Shown: positions 34,790 through 42,152 of the stretch, piece by piece | How positions within the stretch are numbered: the stretch's first letter is position 1 | How the letters are laid out: each line of letters starts with the position of its first letter | IMG/VR virus record: IMGVR_UViG_3300014137_000003 | Length of the DNA stretch: 64,000 nt | From: a virus | Direction: 5' to 3' (one strand) | Position numbers and translations under genes: made by a program | Notes under the pieces: model-generated | The model's input: the letters and a program-made list of their open reading frames with translations, nothing else | The model's database searches: none | What the model was told of the DNA's origin: nothing

Positions 34790-37700
34790 ATGTTTAAAGA
34801 CAAAGTTCAAGGGCATGGCTCTATTAAGAAATTGCGTACTGGTGCAGTTGTGTCAGTACTAACACTATCAGTACTAGGTGGGGTATCTGTTGTAAACGCA
34901 GACGAAACAACCTTAACTGAAGCTACTGCAAATAATGTAGAAGTAGTTGCGAAAGATACTACAGCTGAGGCTACTACCGGTAATGTAGCAGTAGCTTCAA
35001 CAGAAGCAAAATCTGAAACAACTCCAGTAGCACAGCCTACTGGAGTCAAAGCTGAAACGGTAGCAGAAACACCTGTTGCCCCAACAGTAACCGCAGATCA
35101 AGTTGCTAACGCTAAAGTCGTAGCAAACCAAGCTAATCAAGCATTGAACGCTCAAGAGGGTGTTGTTGCTAGTGCTGAAACAGCAGTAACTGAAAACAAC
35201 AACACTGTTACTGATTTGGGTAATCAAATCACGGAAGTTGAAAAGATTACACCTGAGGTAGTTGCCGAAGCTAAATCAGATCAAGCGAAAGCTAAAGAAA
35301 CACTAGACCAAGCTACAGCAGCTACAACAAGTGTTGAGGGTAGCCTTACTGATGCTACAAATAAAGAAGCAACTCAAAAAGGTGTAGTTGCCAAAGCTGA
35401 GTCAACTGTTGAAAAGACTGCAAGTGCAGTTGCTGATGCTGAGAAGAAAGTAGAAGCTCTTTCAGCTACAACAGATACTGCTAAATTGGATCAAGACGTT
35501 AAGGACTTGACTACAAAAGTAGCTGAAGACACTACTAATGTAAAATCTGCTAAGGACTCTCTTGAGGCAGCTAAGTTGTCTGTAAGTAACAAAGACCAAG
35601 CAATCAAGGATCAAAAATCTGTTGTAACTACTGCTGAGGGTACTGTTGAAAGCTCTTCTAAAGCGTATGATACTGCTAAAGGCAACCAAGAAGGTACTCA
35701 AACAGCTGAAAATTCAACTAAATCTGCTCTTGACGAAGCTAAGAAAGGTAAAGTTGTAACAGAAACTGTTAAAGCAGGTGAAGTTACAACTGTAACAGCC
35801 GATGGGGTATATTTGAACAAAGGTGTTGCTTATTCAAACTTTACAGAAACTAATGGTATAGTTACAAGCCAAGCTTATTTGGATGCAATCAAAGCCCTTG
35901 CTAAAGGTACAGGGTCTGTCCAAGCCGTTAAGGATGCAATCAAGAAGGGTGACGAAAATGGTAACAACCTAGCTATCGTGTCAGCTCCTACTTCATCTGC
36001 ATATAATTCATGGGTTAAAAACATGGATTTCAACTTTGCTAACACAGATTCAGCAACTAAGTTGGATGTTAACAATTTGTCTGACAGCCAGTTGACTGAC
36101 TTGGCATTGTTCTACACTGCTTTGCTTAACGACCTTCGTTTCAAAGTGGGTACTAACTTGGTAACTGTAACCGATCAAAGTGTCGCTGAAGCTAAGAAGA
36201 CAGTAACATCTATCTTTGACAAGTTGTTCCCAGCTTACAAAGGCATGGATGGAGCTCAACTTGAAGCTAATGGTTTTTGGAACTCTATGTCAGATCCTAA
36301 GAACCCTTTGAAATACACAGGTACTAGCTTGCAAGATACTGTTAAGGGTATTGACTCTGAAGATATAACTGTTATCGGGCAAAAACCCGCAAACAACGTA
36401 AGCTATGAAAACAATGACGGACGTAAACAGACTATGTTCGACTTGAAAGCTAAAATCTTTGCTAACTTGGGTAACCAACTCTATGGTACTTCAGGTATGG
36501 GGTATCTTGGTGAAGCTTACGGTGGTGTTGATGGCAAACGCTCTGACAACTTTGATCTAGCTTTGGAAGTTCTTGGTCTTAAGGGTACTTCTACAACAGC
36601 AGGTATTGATTTTGGATTCACAAACACTTACAATGGTATGATTGACCGTGCACCAAGCACTTACACTGTACTAGGTAATTCTTATGGTAAAGCTATCAAC
36701 AATCCTTACCAAACACTTGAAAACCCTAAAGAAACTGTAACTCCAGTCTATAAAGACGTAGAACGTACTATTGTAGATGATGCAGCAGTTGCTAAGGCTC
36801 AAACAAACTATAATGCAGCAGTAAAAGCTAACCAAGACGCTAAATCTAAGGTAGCTACTGCAGAGACTGCCTATAACACTGCAAAAGAAGCTCTTGCAAA
36901 CGCTCAGAAACGTTTGGCTGACTTGGTAGGGGGTACTGTAGATATTCCAGCTCTTGAGAAAGCGTTGGCTGAGGCTCAAACTCAACTTGAATCTGATCAG
37001 GCTTCTCTTCAAACTGCAAAAGAAACTCTTGCTTTGGCTAAGGCTAGTGCAACCGACAAGGCTAAGGCTTTGGAAGTAGCTAAGACTGAACTTGCTGAAG
37101 CTACAAAATCTAGCGAAACAGCCAAAGGGGTACTCGCTAAAGAAAAAGAAACTCTTGAAATTCTTGCTAAAGCCGTAGCAGTTGCTCAAACAGCTCTTAC
37201 AGACGCTCGTACTAAACAAGACGTTGCTAAAACAAAATTCATTACTGCTAGTGTTAAAGCTGAAGACCTTGCCACTAAATTGGCTAATAAGGCAACAGTA
37301 TTGGCTGACTTGAATTCTAAGCTTGCTGACGCTAAAGCTAAGTCTAGCAAACTCGCTGATGAACTTAAGACTGCTAAAGAGCGTTACGAAACTCTTAAGA
37401 AAGACTCAAACGCTAAGAACGTAGAATACCTCCGTTTGGCAACTGTAAAAGCTGAACAAGATAAGGCTGAGGCTGAAGTTGCGCGTTTGCAGGCTCTTAA
37501 AGATAAGGCTGATGCAATCGTTGCACAAGGTGGTGTTGTAGTACAGGTAGTTGACGCTGATGGTAATGTTGTTGACGTAGTGGATGGTACTAAAGCAACT
37601 AAGAACGCTGACGGCTCTATCGCTATCGAAGGTAAACAGTATGCTCTTAACAATGATGGTACTGTATCTAGGGTAGTTGTTCCAACAGCTGACACTGGGG

Positions 37701-37933
37701 TATCTTCTGCTAACGCTAACGGCACAGGGGTAGCAAACAATAACTTTGTTACAACTAGCTATGCAAAAGGTTTTGCAACATCTTACTATGCAGGAAGCTA
37801 CACAGATTCTGCTAATAAGTCTAAATCTCTACCAAACACTGGTGAGGCTGACTCATCTGTATGGGCTAAGGTGGGTGTAGGGTTGCTTTCAGCTCTTACG
37901 CTTGGATACTTTATGAAACGTAAAGAAAACTAA
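34790..37933 (+). CDS. PrgA/Sec10-like surface-exclusion-type LPXTG coiled-coil protein
   Basis: YSIRK-type signal (GHGSIKKLRTGAVVSV). Two long Ala/Lys/Glu coiled-coil arms flank a globular domain containing LSDSQLTDLALFYTALLNDLRFKVGT (Sec10/PgrA-domain-like, recalled from memory). LPNTGE followed by a TM helix and KRKEN. Confidence 0.7.
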   Translation: MFKDKVQGHGSIKKLRTGAVVSVLTLSVLGGVSVVNADETTLTEATANNVEVVAKDTTAEATTGNVAVASTEAKSETTPVAQPTGVKAETVAETPVAPTVTADQVANAKVVANQANQALNAQEGVVASAETAVTENNNTVTDLGNQITEVEKITPEVVAEAKSDQAKAKETLDQATAATTSVEGSLTDATNKEATQKGVVAKAESTVEKTASAVADAEKKVEALSATTDTAKLDQDVKDLTTKVAEDTTNVKSAKDSLEAAKLSVSNKDQAIKDQKSVVTTAEGTVESSSKAYDTAKGNQEGTQTAENSTKSALDEAKKGKVVTETVKAGEVTTVTADGVYLNKGVAYSNFTETNGIVTSQAYLDAIKALAKGTGSVQAVKDAIKKGDENGNNLAIVSAPTSSAYNSWVKNMDFNFANTDSATKLDVNNLSDSQLTDLALFYTALLNDLRFKVGTNLVTVTDQSVAEAKKTVTSIFDKLFPAYKGMDGAQLEANGFWNSMSDPKNPLKYTGTSLQDTVKGIDSEDITVIGQKPANNVSYENNDGRKQTMFDLKAKIFANLGNQLYGTSGMGYLGEAYGGVDGKRSDNFDLALEVLGLKGTSTTAGIDFGFTNTYNGMIDRAPSTYTVLGNSYGKAINNPYQTLENPKETVTPVYKDVERTIVDDAAVAKAQTNYNAAVKANQDAKSKVATAETAYNTAKEALANAQKRLADLVGGTVDIPALEKALAEAQTQLESDQASLQTAKETLALAKASATDKAKALEVAKTELAEATKSSETAKGVLAKEKETLEILAKAVAVAQTALTDARTKQDVAKTKFITASVKAEDLATKLANKATVLADLNSKLADAKAKSSKLADELKTAKERYETLKKDSNAKNVEYLRLATVKAEQDKAEAEVARLQALKDKADAIVAQGGVVVQVVDADGNVVDVVDGTKATKNADGSIAIEGKQYALNNDGTVSRVVVPTADTGVSSANANGTGVANNNFVTTSYAKGFATSYYAGSYTDSANKSKSLPNTGEADSSVWAKVGVGLLSALTLGYFMKRKEN

Positions 37934-37949
37934 TTAAATAGTTAGATAG

Positions 37950-37983
37950 ATAAGTCTAGTTTTCTAGGCTTATCTTTTTTTAT
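37950..37983 (+). terminator. rho-independent terminator
   Basis: ATAAGTCTAG-tttt-CTAGGCTTAT followed by CTTTTTTTT. Confidence 0.7.
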
Positions 37984-38020
37984 TTAATAGGTTATTTTAC
38001 TGCCCCTAAAGACTGTATAG

Positions 38021-38527
38021 TTGAAAATTGGAATGTATGAGGTTTTCAGTATGAGATGTTCTCTAAGTAAGTTTAAGGGGTTGTATTTATCAGCTCTTGG
38101 TTTGGTTCTACCAGTAGTTTTTCAGGTAAGTTTTGTTAGTTTAGCGTTGTACCTATACTACACGGGTATGGGAAGAGACCATTTTGGGGATAGGATTGGT
38201 TGGGTTTTGCTCTGTTTGGTAGCTTTGTCCAGTGATATTTTGTTCTATTGCATTAAGAGAATGAGAGCTGAGGGGTATAGTTCTAGTTATTTATCTGCTA
38301 ATGCTCTTACTTCTAGGTCGTTCAGAGTATTACTTTTCTTGGTAATTTACTTAGTTCCTTTGTTATATTTAGTAACTGTATCTAGTCCAGCCTTTATCTT
38401 TTGGTTATTGTTACTTTCAGGGTCTGCAAGATTGGCAGTTTACTATGTTGTAAGGGAAGCAGAAAGAAGTAAGATTGAAGTAGAGGTTTGGAGCTTACTT
38501 AGGAAGAAAGATAAAGAAAGTAACTAA
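38021..38527 (+). CDS. polytopic membrane protein (about 4 TM helices)
   Basis: Hydrophobic segments throughout. The start is uncertain (TTG 38021, ATG 38033 or ATG 38051). Confidence 0.55.
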   Translation: MKIGMYEVFSMRCSLSKFKGLYLSALGLVLPVVFQVSFVSLALYLYYTGMGRDHFGDRIGWVLLCLVALSSDILFYCIKRMRAEGYSSSYLSANALTSRSFRVLLFLVIYLVPLLYLVTVSSPAFIFWLLLLSGSARLAVYYVVREAERSKIEVEVWSLLRKKDKESN

Positions 38528-38637
38528 TGAATTAGGTCTTGTTACTTAATTAATTTTAAATTTATAGGCATTGTAGAAGTACAAATTTAGAAGATTAAGG
38601 GTCTAGGTATAAGGCTCTTTCTTTATTTGTTGTTTTG

Positions 38638-38646
38638 TGGTATAAT
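38638..38646 (+). promoter_or_regulatory. extended -10 promoter (TGgTATAAT)
   Basis: TTTTGTGGTATAATATAG resembles TTTTGTGTTATAATATAT at 44531-44550. Confidence 0.45.
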
Positions 38647-38689
38647 ATAGTTTAAGATTATGGTAGTTATTATTTGAAAGGTTAAGATT

Positions 38690-38848
38690 ATGAAATTATT
38701 ATTCAGTTTGATACTCTTTGCAGTAGCATTTATCTTCTTTGTGTGGGCGTTGTCTTACTTAGCTATTGCGTTAGCTATCTTTGGGGTAGTCGTGGTAGGG
38801 GGTATCTTATTCTTGGTTATTCGCCTTGCGTGGTGTCTTACACGGTAG
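38690..38848 (+). CDS. small two-TM hydrophobic protein (52 aa), below the ORF-track cut-off
   Basis: Own translation MKLLFSLILFAVAFIFFVWALSYLAIALAIFGVVVVGGILFLVIRLAWCLTR*. GAAAGG upstream and a promoter 45 nt upstream. Confidence 0.45.
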   Translation: MKLLFSLILFAVAFIFFVWALSYLAIALAIFGVVVVGGILFLVIRLAWCLTR

Positions 38849-38879
38849 TGGTAGGGCTGATATACTAGGTATCGTTTTA

Positions 38880-40595
38880 GGGGCTTTATAGGGGCTATAT
38901 GGGGCTTGTGTGGGGTGTCGCCTTAAAGTTGATTGATTATATTGACAATCGTGAGTATATTGAAAATGTTGTAGATTTAGGAAATATTTGTTTGTAGAAA
39001 GGGGAAAATGGATGAGACCATGCAAATTTACTGTTGTTGCACAGTTACACGAAGATCAAAATCATGATTTAATTGAATATGTAGACTCATGTTTTGCAAT
39101 ATACGGTAAAGCAAAGCGTGAAACTTTTCATGTGCTCAAGCGTAATGCTGACTTTAACAAATCAACCTTTAATACGCACTTACAAACAAAATACAACATC
39201 TTAAAACGTACGGCTAATTCTATTATTTCAGATGCTCAAGGTACATTAAATGCTTTAATAGAGTTGAAGAAGTATGAAAAATCTCAACTTGAACGTAAAA
39301 TTTCATCATTAGAAAACTTGATTGGTAAACTTGAAATGAAGGTTGCTGATAATAAAACTTTGTTACGATTAAATGATAAATCGGTATCTCTGGTTACACA
39401 TCGCAATTTGAAACGTAAGTTAGTTTCTAAAAAGAATCAACTGAATAACAAAAAGCAGAGATTAAAAAATCTTCAGTATCAGATTAAACATGGTATTTAT
39501 AAATTGTGTTTTGGTACAAAATACTTACTCAAACGTGATTATAATGAGTTTATAGCTCGTAGAGATAGTCAGTTGTCTTTTGTTGGGACTAAGACTGAAA
39601 AAGCCGGGAATCAAGTTCTACAATTATCGTATAACTATCAAAATAATCAGTTTGATATTCAATTGCGTAAAGATATCGGTGGATTCAAAGACCAACGTGG
39701 TTCTTACGTGAATGGTAAAGTTCATTTTAATCATTACAAACGAGAGTTGACTTTGATTTTAGCTAATCGTAATAGTCCATTATCTTATAAAATTATTAAG
39801 AAAAATGGACGTTACTACCTATATTGCACTTTTGAGATTCAACGTGATGAATCCTCTTTTACCACTCGTTCTTCAAATGGTGTAATCGGTATTGATTTCA
39901 ATAAAGGTTTTGTAACCTTAAGTGAGACTAATCAATATGGGCACATGGTGGGTATTGATTTAATTAGATACCGTTTCAAAGAAGGTAATGCAACTCAAAC
40001 CGATTTAGAGTTAATTGCAAATAAGGTTAAATTACGTGCTCTAGCAACGGGTAAGGACGTTGTAATTGAAGGTCTTAATTTCAAAGACACTAAAGCAAAA
40101 ACACTAAGCAAGGAAGGTAAGAAATACAATGGTATGTTACACTCACTCGCATATCGTAAATTTACAGACGTTATGGAGAATGTTTGCTATCGTAATTGTA
40201 TTTGGTTGAGGAAAGTCAATCCCGCATGGACAAGTTGGGTTGCGAAACAAAAGTATTGTCCGAACATGAAATTAAACATCCATACAGGAGCAAGTTTTGT
40301 TATTGCTCGCAGAGGTCAAGGTTATACCGATGCTGTGTAGTGTGAAATAACCTAATCCTTGTCGTATAAAGATGTATTAGATGCAAGACAATCTAGCATT
40401 TCCCTTTACGACATTGTAATCAAATTAGAAGTTCAAACAACAGAAATTGTTGAATGGTTAAGAATTGAAACAATTTGAGTTTGGATGGAAGAGGTTAGCC
40501 GTATGACTTTGTGTTGAAAAACACTAAAAACAATCTCGAATGGCAATTTCTAAAATTTCGTTATTTTGAGTTACGGCTTATATGGGCTTGTATTT
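38880..40595 (+). mobile_element. IS200/IS605-type (stand-alone tnpB-like, IS1341-style) insertion; boundaries approximate
   Basis: The segment is visibly more AT-rich, with different codon usage and no GGGGTA between ~38,810 and ~40,810. It is bracketed by imperfect 19-bp repeats, GGCTATATGGGGCTTGTGT (38893-38911) and GGCTTATATGGGCTTGTAT (40575-40593). No tnpA is present. Confidence 0.45.
39012..40340 (+). CDS. TnpB-related protein lacking the C-terminal zinc finger and apparently the RuvC-III aspartate
   Basis: RuvC-I VIGIDFNKGFVTL, RuvC-II DVVIEGLNFKD and a VNPAWTSWV block typical of TnpB/Cas12. The C-terminus (VAKQKYCPNMKLNIHTGASFVIARRG) has no CxxC pairs and reads H-T-G where D-x-N of the ADxNAAxNI motif is expected. 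ATG 39012 sits behind AAAGGGG. Confidence 0.7.
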   Translation: MRPCKFTVVAQLHEDQNHDLIEYVDSCFAIYGKAKRETFHVLKRNADFNKSTFNTHLQTKYNILKRTANSIISDAQGTLNALIELKKYEKSQLERKISSLENLIGKLEMKVADNKTLLRLNDKSVSLVTHRNLKRKLVSKKNQLNNKKQRLKNLQYQIKHGIYKLCFGTKYLLKRDYNEFIARRDSQLSFVGTKTEKAGNQVLQLSYNYQNNQFDIQLRKDIGGFKDQRGSYVNGKVHFNHYKRELTLILANRNSPLSYKIIKKNGRYYLYCTFEIQRDESSFTTRSSNGVIGIDFNKGFVTLSETNQYGHMVGIDLIRYRFKEGNATQTDLELIANKVKLRALATGKDVVIEGLNFKDTKAKTLSKEGKKYNGMLHSLAYRKFTDVMENVCYRNCIWLRKVNPAWTSWVAKQKYCPNMKLNIHTGASFVIARRGQGYTDAV

Positions 40596-40600
40596 TATTT
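40341..40600 (+). ncRNA. candidate omega-RNA/reRNA-like structured transcript downstream of the tnpB-like gene
   Basis: A 260-nt non-coding stretch with local hairpins (CAACAgaaatTGTTG, GTGTTgaaaAACAC) and long-range pairings (GTCGTA..AAG / CTTTACGAC; AGCCGTA 40498-40504 / TACGGCT 40574-40580). Function is inferred from TnpB biology only. Confidence 0.3.
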
Positions 40601-40619
40601 TGTAGGAGGTATTTATTAG

Positions 40620-40793
40620 ATGGTTAAAGCACACAGAATGAGTTATGATGTTGTTTTGGGTGGTTTCAGTTACGATGATATTAAAAGAATAGCTAAAGAC
40701 TTCGAACTAACTATAGAGGAAGTTACTAATCTATATAAGAAAAGTAAGACTGCCACTGATTTTGAGAAGGGGTTTGTAAGGTTAGTGGGATGA
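40620..40793 (+). CDS. small hypothetical protein (57 aa), below the ORF-track cut-off
   Basis: Own translation MVKAHRMSYDVVLGGFSYDDIKRIAKDFELTIEEVTNLYKKSKTATDFEKGFVRLVG*. GGAGG upstream. Its stop overlaps the next ATG (ATGA). Confidence 0.45.
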   Translation: MVKAHRMSYDVVLGGFSYDDIKRIAKDFELTIEEVTNLYKKSKTATDFEKGFVRLVG

Positions 40794-41323
40794 AGAAACT
40801 ATATCTAGACATGGATGGGGTAGTGTTTGATACCTATGGTACTTTAGGGGAAGTTAAACAGTACCTAAAAAACAATAAAGAAGAATTAGGGATAGATGGT
40901 AAAGATATTTCTGATGCAGCGTGGCTTTACCTATATTCTAATTATGATAAGATAAAAACAATGCCCTATTTTACGGAGGTTTTGGGTTTACTTAAGGGCT
41001 CTTTTGATATTACTTTTGTTTCGATGTATGTATCCGAGGAAGAGTATGCTTATAAGGAGTACTTTGCTAGGTCTTTGAATTTGCCTATAATTTTATTAGA
41101 CTCTAAGAAGCACGAAGATAAGTCTAGTGTAGACATGTCTGAGGGGTACTTTATCGATGATAACCCTAACTATCTTAAATCTAGTAACGCTAGTAAAAAA
41201 TTCTTAATGGCTAAGGGGTTAGCTTACTATCTTAGTATCTTACAGAGTAAGTCCTCTCACATAGTAGTCCAGGATTGGGTAGATGTGGGGATTAGACTGG
41301 GGGTATTAAATGGCAAAGAATAA
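40790..41323 (+). CDS. HAD-superfamily hydrolase, 5'(3')-deoxyribonucleotidase-like
   Basis: N-terminal LYLDMDGVVFDT (DxDxV/T nucleophile motif) and C-terminal YFIDDNPNYL. Confidence 0.6.
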   Translation: MKKLYLDMDGVVFDTYGTLGEVKQYLKNNKEELGIDGKDISDAAWLYLYSNYDKIKTMPYFTEVLGLLKGSFDITFVSMYVSEEEYAYKEYFARSLNLPIILLDSKKHEDKSSVDMSEGYFIDDNPNYLKSSNASKKFLMAKGLAYYLSILQSKSSHIVVQDWVDVGIRLGVLNGKE

Positions 41324-42101
41324 CTTAAAAGCTCGAAGGTTAAAAGAAAAGGGTAGCAGGCGTGTCTCGGCTATAATTTTAACTTTCTGTATAGGTTTAG
41401 CATCTATTTTCCTCTTTGGGGGTAGTATTGGTTCTTACCACGTCAAGGGGTATTTACCTAAGATTGAGCATTGGACAAAAGGCAAGACTGCACCTGTACG
41501 GTCTACTAAGCAGGCAAATAGTGGTCTGTATTTTTCTGACGGAAGTGCTATACCAGCTTATAGTGGTAAGCAGTCCATAGACATAAACGGTGGAGTTCCC
41601 TTCTTTACGGTTGAGGAAAAGAACTTAACAAATAGCCCAACTTTTACAAAATATTCAGGTAATGACTATTTAGGTAGGGCAACAGGTGTTGTATCTGTGT
41701 TTTCTAGGAAAGATTTAATATCATCCAAGGGTAGACCTGAGTTACCTAATCCTCCAGGTTGGGTTAGTAGGTCTAAAGGGGGTATCTATGACCGCTCTCA
41801 TTTGAAGGCATATACCTTTGCGGGCAGTAATAACTTAGAAAACCTTATTACTGGTACTATCTCGTTAAACCAGAAGTATATGGTAGAGGTTGAGAACGCT
41901 ACTCGAGACTTCTTAGAAAAAAGCAATCAGTCTGTAATTTACCGTGTAACTCCTTATTACTTAGGCGATGAGTTAGTTCCACGTGGCGTGTTGATGGAGG
42001 TTTATTCCTCTACAGGAAGTTTGAGTATTTGTAAGTACATTTATAATGTACAAGATGGTTTTACAATAAACTATAAAGATGGAAGTGTAGTAGCGGACTG
42101 A
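41310..42101 (+). CDS. membrane-anchored/secreted DNA/RNA non-specific endonuclease (EndA/NS_2-like)
   Basis: N-terminal TM/signal anchor (VSAIILTFCIGLASIFLFGG). Also GGIYDRSHLKAY (DRGH-type active-site region), NLITGT..LNQ and VIYRVTPYYLGDELVPRGVLMEV. Confidence 0.7.
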   Translation: MAKNNLKARRLKEKGSRRVSAIILTFCIGLASIFLFGGSIGSYHVKGYLPKIEHWTKGKTAPVRSTKQANSGLYFSDGSAIPAYSGKQSIDINGGVPFFTVEEKNLTNSPTFTKYSGNDYLGRATGVVSVFSRKDLISSKGRPELPNPPGWVSRSKGGIYDRSHLKAYTFAGSNNLENLITGTISLNQKYMVEVENATRDFLEKSNQSVIYRVTPYYLGDELVPRGVLMEVYSSTGSLSICKYIYNVQDGFTINYKDGSVVAD

Positions 42102-42152
42102 TTGTATTAGTCTCAGTTAGAATTTAATTTATTTATAGGGGGGTTTTGGTGT

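Noticed and set aside
30036-37740. Minus-strand ORFs inside the two LPXTG genes (30036-30551, 31492-31926, 33532-34317, 36671-37219, 37384-37740 and others)
   Set aside because: All are fully contained in long + strand genes that have clear domain signatures. Their translations are low-complexity or Cys/Phe/Ser-rich nonsense, typical of antisense frames in codon-biased genes.
38660-38677. Five-codon mini-ORF (MVVII*) as a real leader peptide
   Set aside because: It has no Shine-Dalgarno sequence and arises from an 11-bp duplication. It is mentioned only as context for the 52-aa ORF.
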